64,000 nucleotides of DNA. It comes from Eledone cirrhosa (taxonomy: Eukaryota). The stretch lies in assembly GCA_964016885.1 (NCBI GenBank), contig OZ024741.1, positions 53,134,001 to 53,198,000 of the forward strand. The letters run 5' to 3'. The position numbers and the translations under genes are program-made. How positions within the stretch are numbered: position 1 is the first letter of the stretch; every line of letters starts with the position of its first letter. This document shows, piece after piece, positions 41,835 to 56,469 of this stretch. The notes beneath the pieces were generated by a model. The model did not search any database and was not told the origin of the DNA. It saw nothing but the letters and a program-made list of their open reading frames with translations.

Positions 41835-42154
41835 GTAAAGACCTGAAAATCCGCCTCTTCATTGTACGGGTCTGAAACTTGGACACTGACCAAGAAACTC
41901 ACTCAGATGGTGGATGGGTGCTACACGTGAATACTGAGGATGGCTCTGAACATTAATCAGTATACACTGAGGATGAAAAACTCAGAGCTGTATGGGAGCC
42001 TACCAAAAGTCGGCTCAAAAGTGACGCAGAGGAGACTGAGGTTAGCTGGACATGCTCACCGACATCCAGAGTTGACATTGCACTCAGTGCTCCTGTGGGA
42101 GCCCCTACACATGGACACACTAGAACAGGAAGGCCAAGGTTAACGTATGTTGAT

Positions 42155-42155
<1 letters not shown>
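41835..42155 (+). pseudogene. RTE-clade LINE RT C-terminal fragment
   Basis: YGSETWTLTK, DGCYT.ILRMALN, ELYG, RRLRLAGH, GRPRLTYVD. Confidence 0.75.
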
Positions 42156-42246
<91 letters not shown>

Positions 42247-42506
42247 GGAGGGGAGATTGATATGCATTTATCTTAAAATTAGAGAAGATACGTGTCATGA
42301 GAGTATTATGGCGATTTAACGATGCTAAACATGAAAACCAAATGCACGACATTGTCAAAATTATGTGGTTGACAATGTTGATGTTGACATATTTGATTAT
42401 ATATATATTTGTAAACGGAATTCTGTTGAGAAAATATAATGTGTTAACACCTAAGCCTACAGAATAAGTATTCTACTGGTCTATAAACACACACACACAC
42501 ACACTT

Positions 42507-42636
<130 letters not shown>

Positions 42637-42721
42637 TGTATTTTAAAGTGCCCAGGATTTCCACTCCTTTGAGCACATTATTTACAGGGAACGGCGAGAG
42701 TCTATGGCTCCGTAAATGTAT

Positions 42722-42779
<58 letters not shown>

Positions 42780-42820
42780 GTTTACGTATAATGAAGAATT
42801 AATAAATTAAATAATCAGAG

Positions 42821-43311
42821 CTATATATCATAAAACATGTCTTTAGAATCACTAGATAAAATATATATCATTTCCTCTCCCAATTAGCATAATTAACCAT
42901 ATAAAAAATCAATTAGACCAAGCTATAAGAATAAAGGCTCCTATGAAGAAATCTCCGACAAATAACCGAAAGCAGCCCCTTCGCGGCGGCTACGACGGAG
43001 TATTTAGCGAACATTTTGACAGCATGTAGAAATCGACCAGATATACAGTCAACTAAACACAATTAGGTGTAAAATAAACTTAGAATAAATGCGTACATAT
43101 TTAATTTGCTCTACCATGGTTTCATCCGTATTTTAAGACATCCGTCGTAGCCGCCGCGAAGGGGCTGCTTTCGGTTATTTGTCGGGGATTTCTTCATAGG
43201 AGCCTTTATTCTTATAGCTTGGTCTAATTGATTTTTTATATGGTTAATTATGCTAATTGGGAGAGGAAATGGTATATATTTTATCTAGTGATACTAAAGA
43301 CATGTTTTATG

Positions 43312-43316
<5 letters not shown>
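42821..43316. repeat. ~175-bp inverted repeat arms in (TA)n, with an HHR 3' half in the spacer
   Basis: ~42821-42999 is the reverse complement of 43140-43316; minus strand 43108-43123 reads GAAA-ccatgg-TA-gagc. Confidence 0.7.
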
Positions 43317-43342
<26 letters not shown>

Positions 43343-43351
43343 CATATATGT

Positions 43352-43412
<61 letters not shown>

Positions 43413-43415
43413 TGT

Positions 43416-43466
<51 letters not shown>

Positions 43467-43469
43467 TAA

Positions 43470-43500
<31 letters not shown>

Positions 43501-44214
43501 TATATGTGAATATAGACATAGAATATTCGAAAATATTCTGTATGTTTATAATAAACATTTTGAAGACCTAATCGCTATAGAATAGAATACGTCACGTATT
43601 ACAATTAGATTCTCGATAAAAGCAAGGGAAGTAATCTACGCGTTTCATTCTTGTTAGAAATCTTCAGGACTACATATCCAGTGCTTTTATCGAGAATGAC
43701 ACAGCTAGAGACTTATAGAATACTTAGCTGTGTACAGGAACTGGTTTGAAAGAGCGGTTGCCGGTCCGGCAGAAATTAGAAATTGGAATCAATGCTCTGA
43801 AATAGCGATATATATGTGAATATAGACATAGAATATTCGAAAATATTCTGTATGTTTATAATAAACATTTTGAAGACCTAATCGCTATAGAATAGAATAC
43901 GTCACGTATTACAATTAGATTCTCGATAAAAGCAAGGGAAGTAATCTACGCGTTTCAGCTAAGTATTCTATAAGTCTCTAGCTGTGTCATTCTCGATAAA
44001 AGCACTGGATATGTAGTCCTGAAGATTTCTAACAAGAATGAAACGCGTAGATTACTTCCCTTGCTTTTATCGAGAATCTAATTGTAATACGTGACGTATT
44101 CTATTCTATAGCGATTAGGTCTTCAAAATGTTTATTATAAACATACAGAATATTTTCGAATATTCTATGTCTATATTCACATATATATCGCTATTTCAGA
44201 GCATTGATTCCAAT
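43501..44214. mobile_element. Retrozyme-like repeat (310-bp unit): ~1.5 units plus an inverted ~0.8 unit
   Basis: HHR on minus strand 43631-43673 and plus strand 44013-44055: gtagtc-CTGAAGA-tttct aaca agaat-GAAA-cgcg-TA-gattac. Confidence 0.85.
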
Positions 44215-44350
44215 TTATATATATATATATATATATATATAAAACGAAGGAGTTGTTGCAAGGCACCAGATGGCCCATAACGCACCAGAGTACTCAATAC
44301 GTCCAGAAATACGAAATGACTTGATCTCTGCCGTCGGGGTCATACTTTTT

Positions 44351-44400
<50 letters not shown>

Positions 44401-44440
44401 TGTGTGTTGATATATATATATATACATTATTAATACTATA

Positions 44441-44493
<53 letters not shown>

Positions 44494-44610
44494 TAGTAGA
44501 ACACTGGAAGGTAATATCCGTAGTGGTAGAGCACTCAGTCCATGGGACGAGTTAGGTAGAAGTGTTTACACAACAGTTAGGTATGGTGAACTAACTGTTG
44601 TGTAACCACT

Positions 44611-44642
<32 letters not shown>

Positions 44643-44825
44643 TATATAGTATTAATAATGAATTCAATAACAATTCAGATTTTATAGGTTAAAAAATAGG
44701 TTTTTTATATTGAAGCACGTCAGAATCCTTAATAATCATTAATGAATGAAATATTGAATATCAACACTTCTCCTACTTGATCTTTCCACAACCCATGGCA
44801 AATATATATATATATATATATATAG

Positions 44826-44862
<37 letters not shown>

Positions 44863-45029
44863 AGTGTGTGTTGTGTATATATATGTATAAATACATATAT
44901 ATAAGTATACATGCATACATATATACATCCAAGCGCCCCCCCCCCCCCCCACCTACGCGTACACACACAGACACCCACTCATTCTCTCTGTGTTTCTCAA
45001 ACACACACACATTCACACACACTCTCTCT

Positions 45030-45085
<56 letters not shown>

Positions 45086-45749
45086 TACACATATTTAATC
45101 CTTTCATATATTAAGAAGATCTTTTCAAAAAAATACAAGGCAACCATATAGAATATGTTTGAAAATATCCTTGGTTACCATATAGCAACTGATATTTCTA
45201 TACGGTAACCATGGAGATAATTTGTATAGAAAAGAAAAAATAAATGATTTCGCAAGAATCCATATGTATGCAGAATACATAATGCAATACAGACCCTAAC
45301 CAGAGATTTACAGCAGCAGAATTGTTACAGATGCTATTCACCTTAGAAAATGTTTGCAATTACCTGATACAATTAACTATTAATATACCAATCTCTTAAC
45401 GATTATTCCTCCTGCTAGAAGTGTGTGGCAAGATGCACTTTGGCTACACTAATCAGTTGTGCAAACTGCCATTACAAGTTCAAGATCAACTTAATAAGTG
45501 AAATTGCTTGCTAGCAAGGTGACTGACGAGGTAAGATTTAGTTATTTGTTCGTTTATTTATGTAACTGTTTACATAAGCACGTGACAAGACTCTCTTTGG
45601 CCACATTATAATTCTTTCCAAAATAAGCATTAGGTCATCCATTTAGGAGAAAGAACGTGTTTACAGGTCTTTGATTGTCAAACCAACATCTTTAGTACGT
45701 TGGTCGATATAAATAATCCGATGACGCCCGATGCGAGAGTGTCCAAGGG

Positions 45750-45905
45750 CTGGCATCGTCTTCGCTTCGGTAACAGTGCCCAGCATGTCTTAGCCTTCTT
45801 TCCTCAACTAAAGCTGATATAGGAAGGATCTGTCCATATAACTCTCCTTTCAATGACTGCTGCTTCTAGGATCTGTTCAGCACTACGCGCAGCATTTGGG
45901 TTTAT
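45750..45905 (-). pseudogene. RTE-clade LINE fragment
   Basis: Minus-strand translation MLRVVLN.S*...ELYG..LPIS....ERRLRHAGHCYRS. Confidence 0.6.
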
Positions 45906-47778
45906 CTCTGTGTCATTGTCCCTACTGAAGATTCATACAAAAGTACTTTCTAGAGATACATCAGTGTATGCTGGGATTGAAACAGCTGACACAGTGTTAG
46001 TAGAAAAGCGGATATGTTGTTGATATGGTTAAACAGCAACTCCTCACTCGCGTACATAAAAATAAATTTAGCAAATTGCTGAAGTATTTCTTCATTAATG
46101 TTGAAACAAGATGTCGAAGAAAGCTATTAAAACTTCACTCCAAACATGACGCTTAGACACGTATTAAAAAAAAAATCCCTTAAAGATTGCCAACAATTCA
46201 TATGAAATGGAAGCTATTAACAATAAGCTAAATACCATTAAACAATATAATAGAACAGGAATACAGCAAACCTAATATCTTATTGTTGAAATTGATTCTT
46301 AAATAATGACGGAACACAAGGAAGACATGAGAATTCTAAAATTAAATAGCTACACGACTCTACATTAAATTTAGAATCAAAGTCACCTATCTCATAATAT
46401 TCAGCATTTTGGTGAAATAAATTTCGTTGTATTTTATTAACACCACAACCATAAATCTGAACTGCTGCAATAAAACTTTAAAGTTTTTAATTTTCTTTTT
46501 CTTTAGTCTTTGCTATTCACCTGTCAAATGTATGCGACCAAAATCAAATGAATATCAACTAGGAAATTGACGAATGGAATTTACGAATTCTAATAAATTG
46601 TATAAGCAAAAACATCAATTGCAAATAATAACATAAATGCAGATTTAAAAAAGAATATAGAAAAATAAACAAATAAATAAACACAAGGGAAATAATTGAA
46701 CAGAAAGATAAAGAAAAGAAACAATTGAATGTTTTAAGAGAATTTTCTAGAAAATATAAATAAAAGGGAATGTTGGGAGCATTCTAATACCTTCATCTAA
46801 GTTTGATTGTAAAAAACATAAGGGATTTCTACAGATATCATAGAAGCGATGCGACAGCGATATAGTTTATGTTATAAAATTTATACTAATGGAAAAAAAA
46901 TATGCTGTTCGTGTGATTTCAACGTCACTGTAAGATGTCCATTACCAGAAATATTTTCTGTAAATAAAAATCCATGTCTTAAAAGAAATTATCAGAAAAA
47001 TACAAGACTCTATCGGGGCCAAAATAGAAGTTTCTCCGGATTAACAGTAATGAATTTCTAAGGAACAAGGAATAGCTTCTATGCAGCTAAGTTTACCCAT
47101 AAATCACCTGCTAGCATTTTAATGGCAGGGAGGGGCACATTCAATAATACTGTTCTAGATATGCTTAAACGTTAAAGACGTGTAACCTCGTGTGTTAAAT
47201 TTTGGCTTCAATCATAAGAACCTTGAATCGATTTTTGGACGGGGCATCCCGATGTGTCCTTCATCAAGATACTTCATTTTACGTTGATTTAGTGAACGTA
47301 ACATGAAGTAACTGCAAACAAAAAAATGAGTATTACCATCAGTAGCTAGGAGGTAAACTAGAAAAGGCATGGTGCCCAATACAGAGTTTTGTACTGCCAG
47401 TCGTTTAATGCAAATGGGACCGGGCTAGGCGTAAGTTTGCGGAGCTACAGAGTTTGGGACATGTATCAATGAATCCCTAAAAAGACAGGATGGTCATGAA
47501 TTGAATATCCTTAAGAACATATGCTAAACTGCACCTAATCAAAGGTTACACAAGATCAAACATCAACCAAAAACATGCAAGACAGTCAACTAGAATTCTG
47601 AAGGTAAAATGTCTCTTTTTAATCACACCAAACCGCCAGGCTAATAACTTGTTTCAAATATAACAGCAATGCTCAAAGCACACACACATACACACACGCG
47701 CGCACACACATACATACACGCAAGCGCGCGCGCGCGCGCACACACACACACGCACACATACACGCACACACACTCACT

Positions 47779-47830
<52 letters not shown>

Positions 47831-47859
47831 TTTACAATGTGTCTGTGAGGCGCGCGCGC

Positions 47860-47893
<34 letters not shown>

Positions 47894-48177
47894 TGCAAAG
47901 GCTCGTAGGAGGGAAAAAGGAAAAGAGCGTTCTGTCTTCCTCTACGCATATGTAGATTGAATATGCTAAAGCACTTCTTCCTAGAAACCTAAGGTAGCAA
48001 ATTAATTATTACATATATGGATTATAATATATAATATATATATATATAAAAGAAGAAAATTTCTGTTCGCATGCCAACATAAGATCAAGAATGAAGTGTT
48101 CATTCTACTGACATGGCTATAAAATTGAGGCTTGTTTGCAAAATTGCAAACGAATCGAATGTTATTATTAATATCGG

Positions 48178-48360
48178 TATGTTGGCAGTATCAGTAGAGG
48201 GTTGGACGCCATGCTTTCTAGCATAGTTACGTCCCTTTACAGTCTGAGTTCAAATCCCGCCGAGGTTAACTTTGCCTTTCATCCTTACGGGGTCGATGAA
48301 ATAAAGTACCAGTAATGCACTGGGTATTTGCTGGCCTTGTGCCTAAAGTAGAAACAATTA
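48178..48360 (+). mobile_element. SINE family A
   Basis: Matches 40306-40500. Confidence 0.8.
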
Positions 48361-48964
48361 TTAATATAAAAAAAAACTCAGATTACATTTATTTTATATA
48401 TATATATATATATATATGTGTGTATGTGTGTGTGTGTGTATATATATGTATATATGTACACCTATATATGCGTGTGTGATGGGGGGGGGGGGTATTTGTA
48501 AGTGTGTATGTATTAATGTAAAAAAGGTACTCATACTAACACAAATGAGGTATTCATATTTATAGACAAAGATAATAGCTACGCAAACACTTAGACGCAT
48601 TTACATAGATATACATACATTCAAAACTGCAGTCACAAAAAAATAAGCACACAAACACGCACACGCACAAAAACACACACTCGCGCGCACATACATACAG
48701 TCGGTGGTTTGTCCCGTTCTCTTGCCACTTCCATCTACTTCATCCTATATATTTACAATCCAAGTCAAATCTATTGTCCATTTAGCTGAATAAGCAGACA
48801 TTTTAAGATCTAATCAACAGACGGTGATGAAATGTCATACGGGTCAAAGAGAATGATAGAGCTGGGATCTGTGTGAGGCTGCAGAGTGTTATTGTGTGTG
48901 TGTGTACGCGTGTGTGTGTGTATGTGTGTGCGCGAGCGTATGTATGTGTATATATACATACATG

Positions 48965-49029
<65 letters not shown>

Positions 49030-49458
49030 TTAATACATACATATATATATATCGTATCTGTTATTTATATATTTATACAAATATATATATATATATATAT
49101 ATGCATATATATATATATATATTATATTTATAGATGCATGTATATATCACTCTATTATATATATATATATGTGTATGTATATATATGTATATGTGTGAGT
49201 GTGTGATGTGCGTGTCTGTGAATGTGTGTGTGTGTGTATGTACAAATGGAGAGAATGAGAGTAGTATGAGAGAATGGAAGACGAAAGAGATTCGTTTCTT
49301 TCATCAAATAAATCATTCGTAAAAGAGTTTTCAGAATATATTCAAAGGAAACAAGAAACATGATAGAGTATAGCTTACTATATACATGCACATTATAGTA
49401 CCGTATATATACACTTGAATACACACAAGTACATACACAGACACAGACACAGACACAC

Positions 49459-49607
<149 letters not shown>

Positions 49608-49764
49608 TATATATATACATATATATCACGAATAACAAACCATTATTTCTATGAAGAGGCTGAGTGAGAAATCAATTTGCTATGTTGAAACTCCATATCA
49701 TGTGAGAAAACGAAGAACTGGACTTTTCTCTATGTCTCCCCCTCTCTCTCTTTCTCTCTCTCTC

Positions 49765-49830
<66 letters not shown>

Positions 49831-50118
49831 GTATTGTAATATCTTAGGTGGGTCACACGTCATATTACACATGAACCTGTTGATATTCACATCGGTTTTA
49901 TTACTACCCCGAGGAATTATTCATTCTTCGTTGAGCTTAGTAATCACATGGTTAATTAATTGTCAAGATCTTTACTAACATATTCTGTGATTTTCACAAT
50001 AGTCTTTCATACGATATATATTTCTGAACTCATGTTATAAACTGAGTTTTATTATTTCTTCTGACAAACATGCCTTAACCTGGTGAATATATTATTCTGT
50101 ACATCACTGATGATCATG

Positions 50119-50202
<84 letters not shown>

Positions 50203-50210
<8 letters not shown>

Positions 50211-53200
50211 TAGAATATTCGAAAATATTCTGTATGTTTATAATAAACATTTTGAAGACCTAATCGCTATAGAATAGAATACGTCACGTATTACAATTAG
50301 ATTCTCGATAAAAGCAAGGGAAGTAAATCTACGCGTTTCATTCTCGTTAGAAATCGTCAGGACTACATATCCAGTGCTTTTATCGAGAATGACACAGCTA
50401 GAGACTTATAGAATACTTAGCTGTGTACAGGAACTGGTTTGAAAGAGCGGTTGCCGGTCCGGCAGAAATTAGAAATTGGAATAAATGCTCTGAAATAGCG
50501 ATATATATGTGAATATAGACATAGAATATTCGAAAATATTCTGTATGTTTATAATAAACATTTTGAAGACCTAATCGCTATAGAATAGAATACGTCACGT
50601 ATTACAATTAGATTCTCGATAAAAGCAAGGGAAGTAAATCTACGCGTTTCATTCTCGTTAGAAATCGTCAGGACTACATATCCAGTGCTTTTATCGAGAA
50701 TGACACAGCTAGAGACTTATAGAATACTTAGCTGTGTACAGGAAATGGTTTGAAAGAGCGGTTGCCGGTCCGGCAGAAATTAGAAATTGGAATAAATGCT
50801 CTGAAATAGCGATATATATGTGAATATAGACATAGAATATTCGAAAATATTCTGTATGTTTATAATAAACATTTTGAAGACCTAATCGCTATAGAATAGA
50901 ATACGTCACGTATTACAATTAGATTCTCGATAAAAGCAAGGGAAGTAAATCTACGCGTTTCATTCTCGTTAGAAATCGTCAGGACTACATATCCAGTGCT
51001 TTTATCGAGAATGACACAGCTAGAGACTTATAGAATACTTAGCTGTGTACAGGAACTGGTTTGAAAGAGCGGTTGCCGGTCCGGCAGAAATTAGAAATTG
51101 GAATAAATGCTCTGAAATAGCGATATATATGTGAATATAGACATAGAATATTCGAAAATATTCTGTATGTTTATAATAAACATTTTGAAGACCTAATCGC
51201 TATAGAATAGAATACGTCACGTATTACAATTAGATTCTCGATAAAAGCAAGGGAAGTAAATCTACGCGTTTCATTCTCGTTAGAAATCGTCAGGACTACA
51301 TATCCAGTGCTTTTATCGAGAATGACACAGCTAGAGACTTATAGAATACTTAGCTGTGTACAGGAACTGGTTTGAAAGAGCGGTTGCCGGTCCGGCAGAA
51401 ATTAGAAATTGGAATAAATGCTCTGAAATAGCGATATATATGTGAATATAGACATAGAATATTCGAAAATATTCTGTATGTTTATAATAAACATTTTGAA
51501 GACCTAATCGCTATAGAATAGAATACGTCACGTATTACAATTAGATTCTCGATAAAAGCAAGGGAAGTAAATCTACGCGTTTCATTCTCGTTAGAAATCG
51601 TCAGGACTACATATCCAGTGCTTTTATCGAGAATGACACAGCTAGAGACTTATAGAATACTTAGCTGTGTACAGGAACTGGTTTGAAAGAGCGGTTGCCG
51701 GTCCGGCAGAAATTAGATATTGGAATAAATGCTCTGAAATAGCGATATATATGTGAATATAGACATAGAATATTCGAAAATATTCTGTATGTTTATAATA
51801 AACATTTTGAAGACCTAATCGCTATAGAATAGAATACGTCACGTATTACAATTAGATTCTCGATAAAAGCAAGGGAAGTAAATCTACGCGTTTCATTCTC
51901 GTTAGAAATCGTCAGGACTACATATCCAGTGCTTTTATCGAGAATGACACAGCTAGAGACTTATAGAATACTTAGCTGTGTACAGGAACTGGTTTGAAAG
52001 AGCGGTTGCCGGTCCGGCAGAAATTAGAAATTGGAATAAATGCTCTGAAATAGCGATATATATGTGAATATAGACATAGAATATTCGAAAATATTCTGTA
52101 TGTTTATAATAAACATTTTGAAGACCTAATCGCTATAGAATAGAATACGTCACGTATTACAATTAGATTCTCGATAAAAGCAAGGGAAGTAAATCTACGC
52201 GTTTCATTCTCGTTAGAAATCGTCAGGACTACATATCCAGTGCTTTTATCGAGAATGACACAGCTAGAGACTTATAGAATACTTAGCTGTGTACAGGAAC
52301 TGGTTTGAAAGAGCGGTTGCCGGTCCGGCAGAAATTAGATATTGGAATAAATGCTCTGAAATAGCGATATATATGTGATAGACATAGAATATTTTTTTTA
52401 TTGCTTTTATCGAGAATCTAATTGTAATACGTGACGTATTCTATTCTATAGCGATTAGGTCTTCAAAATGTTTATTATAAACATACAGAATATTTTCGAA
52501 TATTCTATGTCTATATTCACATATATATCGCTATTTCAGAGCATTTATTCCAATTTCTAATTTCTGCCGGACCGGCAACCGCTCTTTCAAACCAGTTCCT
52601 GTACACAGCTAAGTATTCTATAAGTCTCTAGCTGTGTCATTCTCGATAAAAGCACTGGATATGTAGTCCTGACGATTTCTAACGAGAATGAAACGCGTAG
52701 ATTTACTTCCCTTGCTTTTATCGAGAATCTAATTGTAATACGTGACGTATTCTATTCTATAGCGATTAGGTCTTCAAAATGTTTATTATAAACATACAGA
52801 ATATTTTCGAATATTCTATGTCTATATTCACATATATATCGCTATTTCAGAGCATTTATTCCAATTTCTAATTTCTGCCGGACCGGCAACCGCTCTTTCA
52901 AACCAGTTCCTGTACACAGCTAAGTATTCTATAAGTCTCTAGCTGTGTCATTCTCGATAAAAGCACTGGATATGTAGTCCTGACGATTTCTAACGAGAAT
53001 GAAACGCGTAGATTTACTTCCCTTGCTTTTATCGAGAATCTAATTGTAATACGTGACGTATTCTATTCTATAGCGATTAGGTCTTCAAAATGTTTATTAT
53101 AAACATACAGAATATTTTCGAATATTCTATGTCTATATTCACATATATATCGCTATTTCAGAGCATTTATTCCAATTTCTAATTTCTGCCGGACCGGCAA

Positions 53201-53797
53201 CCGCTCTTTCAAACCAGTTCCTGTACACAGCTAAGTATTCTATAAGTCTCTAGCTGTGTCATTCTCGATAAAAGCACTGGATATGTAGTCCTGACGATTT
53301 CTAACGAGAATGAAACGCGTAGATTTACTTCCCTTGCTTTTATCGAGAATCTAATTGTAATACGTGACGTATTCTATTCTATAGCGATTAGGTCTTCAAA
53401 ATGTTTATTATAAACATACAGAATATTTTCGAATATTCTATGTCTATATTCACATATATATCGCTATTTCAGAGCATTTATTCCAATTTCTAATTTCTGC
53501 CGGACCGGCAACCGCTCTTTCAAACCAGTTCCTGTACACAGCTAAGTATTCTATAAGTCTCTAGCTGTGTCATTCTCGATAAAAGCACTGGATATGTAGT
53601 CCTGACGATTTCTAACGAGAATGAAACGCGTAGATTTACTTCCCTTGCTTTTATCGAGAATCTAATTGTAATACGTGACGTATTCTATTCTATAGCGATT
53701 AGGTCTTCAAAATGTTTATTATAAACATACAGAATATTTTCGAATATTCTATGTCTATATTCACATATATATCGCTATTTCAGAGCATTTATTCCAA
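50203..53797. repeat. 311-bp tandem array with one HHR per unit: 7 units, then a junction at ~52391-52400, then ~4.5 inverted units (retrozyme-like)
   Basis: 'gacatagaat' at 50207, 50518, 50829...; units near-identical; flanked by (TA)n. Confidence 0.92.
52663..52706 (+). ncRNA. Minimal type I hammerhead ribozyme (representative of 11 array copies)
   Basis: gtagtc-CTGACGA-tttct aacg agaat-GAAA-cgcg-TA-gatttac; palindromic ACGCGT stem III. Confidence 0.8.
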
Positions 53798-53834
<37 letters not shown>

Positions 53835-53850
53835 ATATATTTATATATAT

Positions 53851-53972
53851 ATAAGAGGAAAGCACGAACGGGGGATAATTTTCCATCATCAGCTACCTCC
53901 TGAGGATCATGGATATCTCTACGCAGACAACTGATGAAGGGAAATTATACGCCGTTCGTGCTTTCCTCTTAT
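53851..53972. repeat. Small fold-back element; each arm has CTGATGA but lacks GAAA
   Basis: taagaggaaagcacgaacgg...tcatcag / ctgatga...ccgttcgtgctttcctctta. Confidence 0.6.
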
Positions 53973-54066
53973 TTATGAATACACCTTATCAGCAACTACA
54001 CAGCCCCTGTTTCTTCTTATATATATATACATATATATATACATATATATATACATATATATATTT

Positions 54067-54122
<56 letters not shown>

Positions 54123-54604
54123 GTGTGTGAAGGCAAGATGCGTTCTTGAGCAAGATATTTTATTTCACGTAGCCCCAGTCTACTTAGCTGACAAAAATCT
54201 GTTGTACTTGCTGTTCAAAAGGGTCAGTATTGTTACAAAATCTGTCACGGAGTATTTTCCTGAGAACTACATTAAGGATACATGTGTTTGTAGAATACAC
54301 ACATCTACTGTGTGAGTGTGAGACCAACACACTAATCACTACTACACCGCCCATGTTCATGTGCCTAGATGTATTACCAGTAGTACATACCAAAGTGTTG
54401 GTGGTTCACAGCGAGTTTTATATACTGTGTTACATAATAGAATTAAAAGTTAATATATATTTGAGGATCCAGTAAGATTTTCTAATGGGTTTTTTTCTCG
54501 CTGGACTAAGAGGTGCTCTGTAAACCACGATCGTTCACAGTTACCCCCACTGCAGGACAGGAAAAATGACAGCAACAACAACATGATTCTTGATTTTCAG
54601 TTGT

Positions 54605-55325
54605 AATAATTGTTTCTACTTTTGGCATAAGACCAGCAATTAACCAGTGCATTACTGGTACTTTATTTTATCGACCCCGTAAGGATGATCATTATTATAT
54701 TTATTTTTAAAATAATCCTCTTATAAGGATTATGGCCAATATCACCCGCACAATGTCTGCAATATGTGCGAAGAGGAAAGTGCATTATATCTCATTACTT
54801 AACTGGTACTTTATTTTATTGAACCCAGAAGAATAAAAAGCAGCGTTGAGCCTGGCTTGATTTGAAATCCGAATATAGAAAGTAGAAAATAAATATCGCG
54901 AAGCATTTTCTCCGACGCTCTATGTATACTGCTAATTACTGTCCTGTATTATTCCAATAATAATTCTTTCTAACAATGACACAAGGGCAACAATTTGATT
55001 AAATTAACCCCAATATTTTTTTATCGACCTCGGAAGGGTGAAATGCAATGCTTAATTCGGTGGGATTTGAACTCGTAAAGGGACGTAATTAAATACTGCA
55101 AGGCATTTTGTCCGACATATATTCCAATACTGGTTTCCGATTTAGGCACGATGCCAGCAATCTGAAGAGAGGGGGGGGGTCGACTAAATCTACTCCGGTA
55201 CTAGTACTTTATTTTATCGACCTCGTAAGGATGAAAGGTTAAGCTAACCATGACTGGCTTTGAACACAGAACACAAAGGACCGTAACACTATGCCGCAAA
55301 TCATTTTGTCTGACATATATTCCAA
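54605..55325 (-). mobile_element. Cluster of about four decayed SINE family A copies
   Basis: Repeated 'ctggtactttattttatcgaccc', 'gatttgaac' and 'gcattttgtccgac'. Confidence 0.65.
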
Positions 55326-55832
55326 TAATAACAATAGCTAATTGTCCTAGCCTTACCTAATATAGCTGTTTTTATCTATCACGCTCTGACTAAACACGAA
55401 GAAAACTTTCCCACCATCACTACAATATCGATAGATGCAGTAATATAAACATGAAATATGGATTGAAGATCGACTATAATCAAGGAGAGTTTAGATCAGA
55501 AAATACGAAATGAAAAGATTTGGCCCGTAATGCCATCGGCAAATTCTCGAGAATTCAGTCTAATCTTTTTCGTTGTCATTCTTCAAATTATTCCCGAAAA
55601 CCTATTGATTTCATGTAGCTGTTATCCAAAATTTATTTAAAGCAAGGTATGTTTGCATCAACAAATATAGCATTGCCGCTTTCATCAGAATATCGCTGGC
55701 GGGTATACTGTTATGTCGGACCGTACAGCTTTGCTGATTCGGGAAGTATTTTATTGAGTAGTATACGTACAATTATATACGGATACACGATACTCAAAAG
55801 TATCTTTGTTTATATATTCCTACAGTAGACCA

Positions 55833-55921
<89 letters not shown>

Positions 55922-56469
55922 GGAATAGAGCGGGAGAGAGAGAGAGGGGGAGACAGAGAAATATGTGTGTGCGTTTGTTTGTGTGTTGGTATATATATAA
56001 GTATGCATATATATGTATATGATTATACACACGCATATCGATCTATACTCACATGTAATCATAGGAGCGTATGTCTTCTTATTTGACGAAGAAATAAACT
56101 ACACTGTGTTAGACAAGGTCTTATCTTCGAATATATATATGTATATGTGTGTGTTTCCGCCGTGTGTGCGTATGTGCGAGTGTGTATATGCGTGTGTGTA
56201 TATGCGTGTGTGTACTTGTGTGAATTGAAATTGGTACAAATTTATTTCAGTATGTAGTGACATTAATCTATTAAGACGATTGGTGAAAGAATTTATTAAA
56301 TGTTTAAATATAATTAGTTTTGAGATTGCTGAATTTGTTCAAATTCTGCCGCCATTATGTTTACAAATTACAACATGACTCTGAAGTTCTGAAAATAGGT
56401 TTACAGTTTATTTTCAGTTAAACCCGAATAACATTTGTAATCAAAGCCAGCAAGTCATCTATGGAACAT

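Noticed and set aside
42937-43001. Plus-strand ATGAAGA...GAAA HHR candidate in the left arm
   Set aside because: No stem II pairing and no valid cleavage triplet
50203-53797. CRISPR array or 5S/tRNA gene array interpretation
   Set aside because: Units are identical end to end with no unique spacers, no cas genes and no recognisable 5S/tRNA sequence; the context is eukaryotic
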